Shown here: positions 1 to 11,074 of the stretch, in pieces
Layout: each line of letters starts with the position of its first letter
How positions within the stretch are numbered: the stretch's first letter is position 1
NCBI GenBank assembly: GCA_046563655.1
Contig: CM102286.1
Span: 8,184,001 to 8,248,000 of the forward strand
From: Yuukianura sp. NJ FZ-2021
Taxonomy: Eukaryota
DNA: 64,000 nt
Direction: 5' to 3'
Notes under the pieces: generated by a model
What the model was told of the DNA's origin: nothing
Databases searched by the model: none
What the model saw: only the letters and a program-made list of their open reading frames with translations
Made by a program: the position numbers and the translations under genes

Positions 1-3000
1 CGTCAAGCGTTGCTTACGGTGAAGTTACAGTATCGTCAATGCCTAGCTAAGCAATGTGGATTTGCATATTAAGGTTAGGGCCAAGTTACAGTGATAAATA
101 CATTGATATCAAACAAATATTACACCGGTACAAAATTTAAATTTTGCAGCCTTCCCATGAGCTTCCACAGATGTTTAATGAAATGAAATTTTTTGGCTGA
201 AAATTTTAACCGAAACCGTGACCACTTACATGTCAAGCGTTGCGTACAGTCAAGTTACAGTAGCGTCAATGCCTTGCTAAGCAATGTGGATTTGCATATT
301 AAGGTTAGTGCCAAGTTACAGTGATAAATACATTGATATCAAACAAATATTACACCGCTACAAAGTATAAACTTTTCAGCCTTCCCATGAGCTTCCACAG
401 ATATTTAATGAAATGAAATTTTTTAGCTGAAAGTTTTAACCGACAACGTAACCACTTACACGTCAAGCGTTGCTTACGGTGAAGTTACAGTATCGTCAAT
501 GCCTAGCTAAGCAATGTGGATTTGCATATTAAGGTTAGGGCCAAGTTACAGTGATAAATACATTGATATCAAACAAATATTACACCGCTACAAAGCGAAA
601 ACTTTTCAGCCTTCCCATGAGCTTCCACAGTTGTTTAATGAAATGAAATTTTTTAGCTGAAAGTTTTAACCGACAACGTAACCACTTACACGTCAAGCGT
701 TGCGTACAGTGAAGTTACAGTATCGTCAATGCCTAGCTGGGCAATGTGGATTTGCATATTAAGGTTAGAGCCAAGTTACAATGATAAATACATTGATACC
801 AAACAAATATTACACCGGTACAAAATTTAAATTTTGCAGCCTTCCCATGAGCTTCCACAGATGTTTAATGAAATGAAATTTTTTGGCTGAAAATTTTAAC
901 CGAAACCGTGACCACTTACATGTCAAGCGTTGCGTACAGTCAAGTTACAGTAGCGTCAATGCCTTGCTAAGCAATGTGGATTTGCATATTAAGGTTAGTG
1001 CCAAGTTACAGTGATAAATACATTGATATCAAACAAATATTACACCGCTACAAAGTATAAACTTTTCAGCCTTCCCATGAGCTTCCACAGATATTTAATG
1101 AAATGAAATTTTTAGCTGAAAGTTTTAACCGACAACGTAACCACTTACACGTCAAGCGTTGCTTACGGTGAAGTTACAGTATCGTCAATGCCTAGCTAAG
1201 CAATGTGGATTTGCATATTAAGGTTAGGGCCAAGTTACAGTGATAAATACATTGATATCAAACAAATATTACACCGCTACAAAGTATAAACTTTTCAGCC
1301 TTCCCATGAGCTTCCACAGATATTTAATGAAATGAAATTTTTTAGCTGAAAGTTTTAACCGACAACGTAACCACTTACACGTCAAGCGTTGCTTACGGTG
1401 AAGTTACAGTATCGTCAATGCCTAGCTAAGCAATGTGGATTTGCATATTAAGGTTAGGGCCAAGTTACAGTGATAAATACATTGATATCAAACAAATATT
1501 ACACCGCTACAAAGCGAAAACTTTTCAGCCTTCCCATGAGCTTCCACAGATGTTTAATGAAATCAAATTTTTTGGCTGAAAGTTTTAACCGAAACCGTGA
1601 CCACTTACATGTCAAGCGTTGCGTACAGTCAAGTTACAATATCGTCAATGCCTAGCTAAGCAATGTGGATTTGCATATTAAGGTTAGGGCCAAGTTACAA
1701 TGATAAATACATTGATACCAAACAAATCTTACACCGGTACAAAATATAAATTTTTCAGCCTTCCCATGAGCTTCCACAGTTGTTTAATGAAATGAAATTT
1801 TTTAGCTGAAAGTTTTAACCGACACCGTGACCACTTACACGTCAAGCGTTGCGTACAGTGAAGTTACAGTATCGTCAATGCCTAGCTGGGCAATGTGGAT
1901 TTGCATATTAAGGTTAGAGCCAAGTTACAATGATAAATATTACACCGGTACAAAATTTAAATTTTGCAGCCTTCCCATGAGCTTCCACAGATGTTTAATG
2001 AAATGAAATTTTTTGGCTGAAAATTTTAACCGAAACCGTGACCACTTACATGTCAAGCGTTGCGTACAGTCAAGTTACAGTATCGTCAATGCCTAGCTAA
2101 GCAATGTGGATTTGCATATTAAGGTTAGGGCCAAGTTACAGTGATAAATACATTGATATCAAACAAATATTACACCGCTACAAAGCGAAAACTTTTCAGC
2201 CTTCCCATGAGCTTCCACAGATGTTTAATGAAATCAAATTTTTTGGCTGAAAGTTTTAACCGAAACCGTGACCACTTACATGTCAAGCGTTGCGTACAGT
2301 CAAGTTACAATATCGTCAATGCCTAGCTAAGCAATGTGGATTTGCATATTAAGGTTAGGGCCAAGTTACTATGATAAATACATTGATACCAAACAAATCT
2401 TACACCGGTACAAAATATAAATTTTTCAGCCTTCCCATGAGCTTCCACAGTTGTTTAATGAAATGAAATTTTTTAGCTGAAAGTTTTAACCGACACCGTG
2501 ACCACTTACACGTCAAGCGTTGCGTACAGTGAAGTTACAGTATCGTCAATGCCTAGCTGGGCAATGTGGATGTGCATATTAAGGTTAGAGCCAAGTTACA
2601 ATGATAAATATTACACCGGTACAAAATTTAAATTTTGCAGCCTTCCCATGAGCTTCCACAGATGTTTAATGAAATGAAATTTTTTGGCTGAAAATTTTAA
2701 CCGAAACCGTGACCACTTACATGTCAAGCGTTGCGTACAGTCAAGTTACAGTAGCGTCAATGCCTTGCTAAGCAATGTGGATTTGCATATTAAGGTTAGT
2801 GCCAAGTTACAGTGATAAATACATTGATATCAAACAAATATTACACCGCTACAAAGTATAAACTTTTCAGCCTTCCCATGAGCTTCCACAGATATTTAAT
2901 GAAATGAAATTTTTTAGCTGAAAGTTTTAACCGACAACGTAACCACTTACACGTCAAGCGTTGCTTACTGTGAAGTTACCGTATCGTCAATGCCTAGCAA

Positions 3001-4504
3001 AGCAATGTGGATTTGCATATTAAGGTTAGGGCCAAGTTACAGTGATAAATACATTGATATCAAACAAATATTACACCGCTACAAAGCGAAAACTTTTCAG
3101 CCTTCCCATGAGCTTCCACAGATGTTTAATGAAATCAAATTTTTTGGCTGAAAGTTTTAACCGAAACCGTGACCACTTACATGTCAAGCGTTGCGTACAG
3201 TCAAGTTACAATATCGTCAATGCCTAACCAAGCAATGTGGATTTGCATATTAAGGTTAGGGCCAAGTTACAGTGATAAATACATTGATATCAAACAAATA
3301 TTACACCGCTACAAAGCGTAAACTTTTCAGCCTTCCCATGAGCTTCCACAGATGTTTAATGAAATCAAATTTTTTGGCTGAAAGTTTTAACCGAAACCGT
3401 GACCACTTACATGTCAAGCGTTGCGTACAGTCAAGTTACAATATCGTCAATGCCTAGCTAAGCAATGTGGATTTGCATATTAAGGTTAGGGCCAAGTTAC
3501 AATGATAAATACATTGATACCAAACAAATCTTACACCGGTACAAAATATAAATTTTTCAGCCTTCCCATGAGCTTCCACAGTTGTTTAATGAAATGAAAT
3601 TTTTTAGCTGAAAGTTTTAACCGACAACGTAACCACTTACACGTCAAGCGTTGCGTACAGTGAAGTTACAGTATCGTCAATGCCTAGCTGGGCAATGTGG
3701 ATTTGCATATTAAGGTTAGAGCCAAGTTACAATGATAAATACATTGATACCAAACAAATATTACACCGGTACAAAATTTAAATTTTGCAGCCTTCCCATG
3801 AGCTTCCACAGATGTTTAATGAAATGAAATTTTTTGGCTGAAAATTTTAACCGAAACCGTGACCACTTACATGTCAAGCGTTGCGTACAGTCAAGTTACA
3901 GTAGCGTCAATGCCTTGCTAAGCAATGTGGATTTGCATATTAAGGTTAGTGCCAAGTTACAGTGATAAATACATTGATATCAAACAAATATTACACCGCT
4001 ACAAAGTATAAACTTTTCAGCCTTCCCATGAGCTTCCACAGATATTTAATGAAATGAAATTTTTTAGCTGAAAGTTTTAACCGACAACGTAACCACTTAC
4101 ACGTCAAGCGTTGCTTACGGTGAAGTTACAGTATCGTCAATGCCTAGCTAAGCAATGTGGATTTGCATATTAAGGTTAGGGCCAAGTTACAGTGATAAAT
4201 ACATTGATATCAAACAAATATTACACCGCTACAAAGCGAAAACTTTTCAGCCTTCCCATGAGCTTCCACAGATGTTTAATGAAATCAAATTTTTTGGCTG
4301 AAAGTTTTAACCGAAACCGTGACCACTTACATGTCAATCGTTGCGTACAGTCAAGTTACAATATCGTCAATGCCTAACCAAGCAATGTGGATTTGCATAT
4401 TAAGGTTAGGGCCAAGTTACAGTGATAAATACATTGATATCAAACAAATATTATGCCGGTACAAAGTATAAGTTTTTCAGCCTTCCCATGAGCTTCCACA
4501 GATG
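1..4504. repeat. Satellite A, 230-bp tandem array (~20 monomers, open at window start)
   Basis: The monomer recurs every 230 bp (e.g. ORF-track copies at 3042 and 3272). Two monomers (~1940 and ~2610) have a 19-bp deletion. The array stops abruptly at ...gagcttccacagatg. Confidence 0.98.
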
Positions 4505-4897
4505 AAGTGTCCTTGTGTTCCCCCCCCCCCCCATTTAGGTTAGGGTCATTTGCCTTTGAGGTTAAGGTGTGGCCCTAGATTAGTGCTAGGTTCGTGTAGT
4601 TAGCGTAGTGAGATTTGGTTTAGCGTTTTAGCGCGAGTTTTTGAGAGAGAGACAGAGTCAGGAGAGTATTGGGACTAGTTGTGCTAGTCAGTCGGGTTTT
4701 GGTGTTCGTATCAGCAAGAGCTGATGATCTGTATTTTAGTGTACAAATAAATATCTTTTATATTTCTTTGTCCTCGAGTCTTCGTGTCGGTTTTTGGTGT
4801 CCCTTATGGTCCTCAGTTTCGTTGCATGAGTCCGGCAGTGTTCGGATCATAGTCTGGAGGCCATCTTTGGCAGTTTGTCGTAGCACGAGGTGCTACA
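4503..4897 (+). repeat. Putative 5' LTR (~395 bp)
   Basis: Starts TGAAG at the satellite junction and ends CTACA, an imperfect terminal inverted repeat. AATAAA at ~4746. Followed after 2 nt by TGGCGAGCGTG. No second LTR is present to confirm the ends; an alternative end is 4954. Confidence 0.6.
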
Positions 4898-4899
4898 CA

Positions 4900-4910
4900 T
4901 GGCGAGCGTG
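4900..4910 (+). promoter_or_regulatory. Putative primer binding site TGGCGAGCGTG (resembles tRNA-Arg-type PBSs)
   Basis: TGG lies 2 nt after the LTR-terminal CA. The tRNA assignment is from recalled similarity only. Confidence 0.55.
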
Positions 4911-5192
4911 TTGTGAGTTCAAAGGCTGAGGTCAGAGGTCATGGAGTAACAACATTTGGTGAGCGTTTAAAAACTATTGTTCTGTGTCCACTGGAATCAA
5001 GACATCATGTAATTGTTCGTGTGTGGACTTTACCCTTGTTCAAAAGGGAAGTGGCCATAATTCAGAAGTGGATCATCTGTAAATTTTGTACATAGAAGGA
5101 GGAAGTTGCCGAAACAACTTCCATTGGATCCACTCCATGTCCGACAGAAAACCAGTAAGTAAAGATTAAAAAATCTTGAAATTGATCCTACA

Positions 5193-6996
5193 GTGACATT
5201 CAAGCTACCAGAGCTTAGTCCTACATCAGATTCGGAAGGATCGTTCCACCGAAGTCAAGAAAGTAAGATTCCAACTCCAATTACATCACCTAAAATCATC
5301 GTCACTGCTCCAGGTTCGTCAGTAACCATGGCAACGTACACCAAGGAGGATGTGGACAGATTGCTGGCTGAGGCCGTGGCCCATGCCGTGCGCGGCGTGG
5401 AGCAGAGATTAGTTCAGAGGGTGACCGGTGAAGTCGCTGCGGTGACTTCTGCCCCTGCGGAGGCAGAACCAGTTGGTCAGACCCACGAATTGATAACAGC
5501 ATTGAAAAGCATCAAGTTCACATCTTTATCATCTAAATTGCCTGTGCCGAGTTTTGATCCAAAGAAGATGTCAGCGGCAGGCTACCTTAATGAAGTAGAG
5601 CGTTACTTCACAGCTCAAGGACACGAGCAAAGGCAATTTCTTTATCTTGTAAAGACGGTCTTGCCTGTGGAATCTCATCCATGGCTCGACCACATCTTAG
5701 TGACGGTGACAGACTGGGATTCATTCAAAGAAGCTTTTATCAGCAGATATGATAATTGGACGGATGTTGCAGAGCGGACAAAACTTCTGCACACAAGAAG
5801 GCAACAGTTCCATGAGTCTATTGTATTTTATTTGTATGATGTGGTTCGGTACTCCAGATTAATATATCCACATCAGTCAGTGGCTGATGCAGTGCTACGT
5901 GCTAAATTATGTTTGAATCCGCGGATTCGCACAGCCCTAGGAACTCAACAATTTGACACAGTGGAATCACTTTGATGCATGTAAAATTGCTCATGCTAAT
6001 CTCACCGCAGAAGATAGAATCACAAAAAACAAATTTGGTTTACCTCCAATTGTCAAGGTCGACTCAAAGTCAGAGTCAGTCAATGTTGAAAATACCAAAC
6101 AAGATTAGATTAGACACTTATAATTATGATGCAATTTATGATTCATTGCTTGTTCTAAATCACTAATTAAGATCTAGGACTTTATAACGTAATTAAGAAT
6201 AAGGAACAGGAATTGGTAACCTATAAATAATTAGGTTGTTAGTACAAGGTTATTCTTTGTGTATAATTTGTTAGAACCAGGAACCAGGAAAATAGTTATA
6301 AGGTCAGTTCTGACGTACACTCTAGGAAGAATAACGTTTTAGTTAAGGTCACTAGGAAATGACTAGTGTTGTTTCTAAGTTACTTGGTTAGTATAAATAC
6401 TAGTTACCTAGATTACTAAAAGTAGTAGTGCCTCGTGGAATTTTGATGTAACAACTTTATTTGTTATAAATAAAACTTACAGAAAATCCAAGTTCAGTTG
6501 TGTAGTTTGTGTGGCGTTTATTAAATAATTTCAACAGTCAAGAAAGATGATAATTCCACTAATTCGAATGCTGGAAGTTCTGCTGGAACTTCCAATTGGA
6601 ATAATTGGTTTCGTGGGAAGGAAGCCAAAAATAATGGCTTCCGTGGACACTGGAAAGGCAAGGGAAATGGCTACAAGAATTATTCCAGTGCTCGATCTCC
6701 GACCAATGGAAGTCCGAACGGTGGACATTCCTCATCTCAACCCAATGACCAGTCACAAGGTCAAAGTTCAGAACCAAATTATGACAAAAATTCAGTGCAG
6801 CCTCAAAATGAATCGTCTGCTCGTGGGAAAGGCGGTTATCGTGGTAATCGTGGTTCTTCAAATGACAATGACCGTGGTGGTGGTCTAGGCAGAGGTCAAG
6901 GTCAGACCTGTAGGCAGGATTTAAGTGATGTTCAGTGCTTCAAGTGTAATGGTTATGGGCATCGTAAGGTTCAGTATCCATCAGGTGTTGGTTTGG
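5193..6996 (+). pseudogene. gag: Retrotransposon Gag, disrupted
   Basis: Capsid-like motifs (VPSFD...YLNEVERYF...W...DWDSFKEAFISRY...RRQ...ESI..Y). Frameshift at ~5973. Solo LTR inserted at 6084; removing it restores the frame (SESVKKDDNS). Gly/Arg/Asn-rich region, then degenerate knuckle CFKCNGYGHRKVQY (last Cys replaced by Tyr). Confidence 0.85.
6084..6536 (+). mobile_element. Solo LTR (453 bp) of a second LTR retrotransposon family (Copia- or BEL/Pao-like termini)
   Basis: Termini TGTTGAAA...TTTCAACA form a perfect 8-bp inverted repeat. 5-bp TSD GTCAA at 6079-6083 and 6537-6541. AT-rich interior with TATAAATA and AATAAA on the + strand. Confidence 0.92.
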
Positions 6997-7017
6997 AAAA
7001 GTGCAGATCAATTCAAC

Positions 7018-10000
7018 ATGACATCACCCACTAGACAACAAAACTGCCCCCTCAACAATCCGTTAGAAAGTGTAGTATTTTGGAATTTAGGAGGAATGAA
7101 CAAATTATATGACTTTGACAAATTTGAAAGTGCCAAAATGTCCAACTTCCAAGTGATTTGCCTCACAGAAACCTGGACAACAACGTCCCCACCCTCACTA
7201 CCCCCCTCCCTAAGTGACATGTTCTCAACAGACTCTCCCGCAATTAGGACAGCAGAAGTGGGACGGAGTAGTGGTGGTGTTCTAACTCTCTCCAAAAATC
7301 CACACACAAAACTTATAAAACACCCCAACTGGACATTTACCCGCCACCCCTTCACTCACTCACAATTCATCATCATCGGCAACGTATACATACCCCCATA
7401 CCCAGCCTACGACTATCTACTACAAAATCTGCAGCAAGTCCTTGAGCTTCTAGCAGAAGAATACCCTCAAGACCAATTACTAGTTGGTGGAGATTTTAAT
7501 GCTAGAATCGGAGAATTGAACATTACCCCAACGGACCAGCCATACCCAACCTTCCCAACCCACCGTGCGGCCCTTGACAAAAAAATTACACCAAGAGGGC
7601 GACAACATTTAGACATGATGGCATCGCAAAACCTAACTGTAACAAATGGACGCTTCCCCAGTGACTCACCCGGACATTTCACTTTCATTTCCAGAGCAGG
7701 AAAATCCACCATTGACCTAGTTTTCGGTAGCGAAAGTATCATCTCTAAAATAATTGACATCACAATCCCGGAAAAAGAGCTGACAGGACACTTTCCAGTC
7801 GCAGTTCACTTCTCTCCCCCCTCTCCTCCATCATCACTTCCAATAAACAAACCCCAATGGGTGGAAGAACATCGCTCCACATACCAAACTCTTATCTCAC
7901 AAAAACTGTCAATGCAAGAACCAAACACCATTCATGAATTCATGTCAATGATCAAGTCAGCAGCAAAAGAGTCTGGTATGTGGGCCAACATTTGTTCAAC
8001 TCACACAAGAGACCCACGTTGGTTTGACAAGGAATGTAGAGCAGCATCCAAAGTTATGAAATCATCACTCTCCAAGGCGAAAGCAAAAAATTGGGAACCA
8101 GAACTGCGCAATGACTACATCACAAAGAAAAAATCCCTCAACAACCTCATCAAAAAGAAAAAGAAAATTTATGCAACAAATCTTAAAGCCAGAATATCAG
8201 ATTGCAAGCACCCCACAGAATTTTGGAAATCCATCAACTCGATCCGCCGTAAATCACAATTTCAATGCCCTCTCTCACTGAAGGATTGGGAAGACTTTTA
8301 TGACTCGACGATGACCACACCCTCTTCCACGCCCCCTCCACTCGTCATCCACGATGCCACACACCCCAAACTGGACTTACCCTTCACACGGAAAGAAATT
8401 AAAAATGTACTCAAGTCCCTCAACAGAAACAAAGCCCCCGGACCAGACCAAATCACGAATGAATTCCTTCAAGCCCTGCCACAAGACGCCGTGGACACCC
8501 TCCAAATCCTACTCAACAAAATTCTGGAAAGCGGCATCATCCCAAATGAATTCTGCAGAAGCGAAACAATCCATCTATATAAAAAAGGCAACAAAACAGA
8601 CCCCTTAAACTACAGACCTATCACACTGGCTAACTGCATTGGCAAAATTTTTTCTAGCCTTTTGTACAACCGACTCTCCGAATGGAGTGAAGTTAACCAC
8701 GTGCTACCAGAAACACAAGGAGGATTTAGAAGACACCGCGGCTGCCTGCAACACATCTTCACCCTCAATGCCGCCATCCAACTAGGCACCAGACAAAAGA
8801 GGAGAGTCTTCGCTCTATTCATTGACTTCGCAAGGGCATTCCCTTCAATTCCACACACTCGCCTCTGGACCACCTTACACGAATTAGGAGTGAGCGGTCA
8901 GTTTATTCGTCTTCTCACCTCCCTCTACCAACAAAATCAAACGACCTTTCAAACTTCAGAAGGCCCGACGAAACCATATCACTTCACCAAAGGTGTCATG
9001 CAAGGGGACCCCCTCAGTCCACTTCTCTTCAACCTTTACATCGCAAAAATGAATTTCGCCATTCACCGCCAAGCCACAACCGGAGGAATTATAATCGACC
9101 CAGACACCCGCCTCCACATCCTTCAATACGCTGACGACACCGTAATCCTCGCCTCAAACCGCGTTGACCTTGAACGAAAAATACTTTGGCTGACAGACTA
9201 CTTTGATGACATGGAGCTGACTGTCAACCTCGCCAAGACAAATATCGTCATATTTCAGCGACAAGGCAGAAGGCCCTCCCCGAAATTCTACTTCAAACAT
9301 CAACCGATCCGCATAACAAACAGTTACACATAACCTTGGTGTCCCCTTCTGCTCATCCACACTCTTCGCACAAACTACTCAGACCTTCTGCGCAAAAGCA
9401 AAAGCAGCGACATCAAAAGTTTGGGAAATACTATGTCGTGGAAGAAATGACTCAATCTCCTCGTCACTCAAACTTTTTGACTCCATCATCAGCTCAACCC
9501 TCCTCTATGGCGCAGGCGTCTGGGGCCTACGATACACTGATCAACTTGAAGTAATTCAAACGCAGTTCCTACGACGGCTCCTCTCCCTGGACTACTACAC
9601 ACCCAACTACATGATCAGACTAGAATGTGGACGCCAACATCTACTTTACAAAGTACTTACACTCGCCCTCCGCCTCTGGAAGTCAATCAAAATCATGAAC
9701 ACAAGCCGTTTGGCTAAAAAATGTTACGATGCCCTAGCCGCAGAAGACGTCGCCAACTCGTCGCCAACCCTGATCCAAGGTACAACTGGGTATCTCAACT
9801 GAAACATCTGCTAAACCTAACCGAGACCTACGACATAAATCCAGAAGATGACCCAACAGCCCTAAAAAAGCGTTGGAGTGGACTCATGATCCATCTTGAA
9901 TCGCACTCACGAGCCTCAGACACCATAAGGGCCCAGGACTCAACGAGAAACTCATACTACCAACACATCATACCGCAGAACCCTGCGCCTGCGCAGTATC

Positions 10001-10362
10001 TCCTAACCAACATCAGCCTCCGTGACAAACGCCAAATTGCAGAAATTCGCCTAAATAGCAAATTTTTACGACTGGGCAAAGACTACATCCAATTAGAGCG
10101 CGAAAAAACATGCCCACTATGTAATCTAAATGAAGAAGACTCCATCTTTCATCTGCTCAGCAAATGCCCCCTCACAAGAAACCAGTACTATATGAATCTC
10201 ACAACACAATCCAACGACCCCCAGCTCCACTTCTTCATCTCATTCAAACAACTTAATACTGCTGAAAACTGCAATTCCATTCTACGAATCATCAGGCCAT
10301 CGCTCTCCAGCCGGAAATTCCAACAAGAATTATGTGAGGACGTTGAATGGCTAAATGCTTAA
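7018..10362 (+). pseudogene. LINE ORF2 (APE endonuclease + reverse transcriptase + CCHC finger), ~1110 aa when repaired
   Basis: APE motifs WNLGG, LTETW, NVYIPP, GDFNA, IDLVF. RT motifs KAPGPD, YRPITL, QGGFR, FIDFARAF, QGDPLSPLLF, QYADD, YLG. Two lesions: a +1 A at ~9332 (TAC to TAAC in YTYLGVPF) and an 11-bp tandem duplication at 9748-9769. Confidence 0.95.
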
Positions 10363-10443
10363 AAAATCCCCATCAACAGTCAAAAGCAGTCAGTCTTACA
10401 CACAAGTCACAACTCACAACAGTCCCTCCCAGCACAAATAGCC

Positions 10444-10929
10444 ATGAACCTCCGCCATCTTCTCCTCATTGTTAGTCTCACACAAGCAATTGTCCAGTCC
10501 AATGCCAGAATCGGATGGAAACCACCCGCCACCTCGGACAATCCAACACCTTCCGGTCTGACGACATTTCTTAGCGGCATCAAGTCACTTTTTGGAATGG
10601 GCTCCGACTTCCTCAGGCGCATGGGCTACAGGTACGACGACGTGTACAGTGACCAGCTCATGATGACGTCATTGAACACCTACGAAAACGACCTACAACG
10701 CGCAGAAGAAGTGAAACAGGGAGACATAATGCAACAGGATCTGCAGCTGGACAGCTTTTACCTAACGATGATCTGCTCATTTCTTGGAATCATCACCGCA
10801 ATTCTACTTGCTCTCGCCTGCATCCGAGGCCACGACTCTTACGCTACCTGGAATGAAAGACGCAGACGCAAGACCATCGATGACTTTACCCGCCAAGAGG
10901 AACTGAAGACCATTGCATCCAAACTCTAA
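10444..10929 (+). CDS. LINE-borne extra ORF: 161-aa predicted type I membrane protein of unknown function
   Basis: gccATGa start context. Hydrophobic N-terminus ending S-N-A (aa 1-21), TM segment aa 105-127, RRRRK aa 139-143. Lies 81 nt after the ORF2 stop and ~190 nt before the poly(A) tail. Confidence 0.8.
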   Translation: MNLRHLLLIVSLTQAIVQSNARIGWKPPATSDNPTPSGLTTFLSGIKSLFGMGSDFLRRMGYRYDDVYSDQLMMTSLNTYENDLQRAEEVKQGDIMQQDLQLDSFYLTMICSFLGIITAILLALACIRGHDSYATWNERRRRKTIDDFTRQEELKTIASKL

Positions 10930-11074
10930 ACCCCCCAACATCTTCATAACGTTTCAGACAAAAACTTTTCTGTAACTTTCAATTTCTTCACACTGTCTAC
11001 AAAACCCCCCGCAACCACAAATTAACATTCAAACTGAATTAGAACTTAGTAACACTTTATTAATACTCGAACCC

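Larger units (their letters stand above)
4503..6996 (+). mobile_element. 5' part of a Ty3/Gypsy-like LTR retrotransposon (5' LTR, PBS, disrupted gag), truncated by the LINE
   Basis: TG...CA-bounded segment followed by a TGG PBS-like site and a Gag-like ORF with a C-terminal zinc knuckle. No protease, RT or 3' LTR follows. Confidence 0.8.

Noticed and set aside
1470..4377. 61-aa repeated ORFs in satellite A
   Set aside because: GTG starts; open only in monomers where a TGA is mutated to TCA.
4536..4545. TTAGG TTAGGG as a telomeric repeat (also single ttaggg in satellite A)
   Set aside because: Only one or two units, which is chance level.
6531..6888. ORFs 6547-6888(+), 6559-6861(-) and 6531-6728(-)
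   Set aside because: They are alternative frames over the low-complexity gag C-terminus.
6925..7017. N-terminal 31 aa of the 802-aa ORF as a Gag-LINE fusion or true ORF2 start
   Set aside because: Most of it is Gypsy gag sequence read out of frame across the insertion junction. The LINE ATG is more likely at 7018.
10407..10622. 71-aa antisense ORF over the extra LINE ORF, and other antisense ORFs in ORF2
   Set aside because: Short shadow frames with no features.
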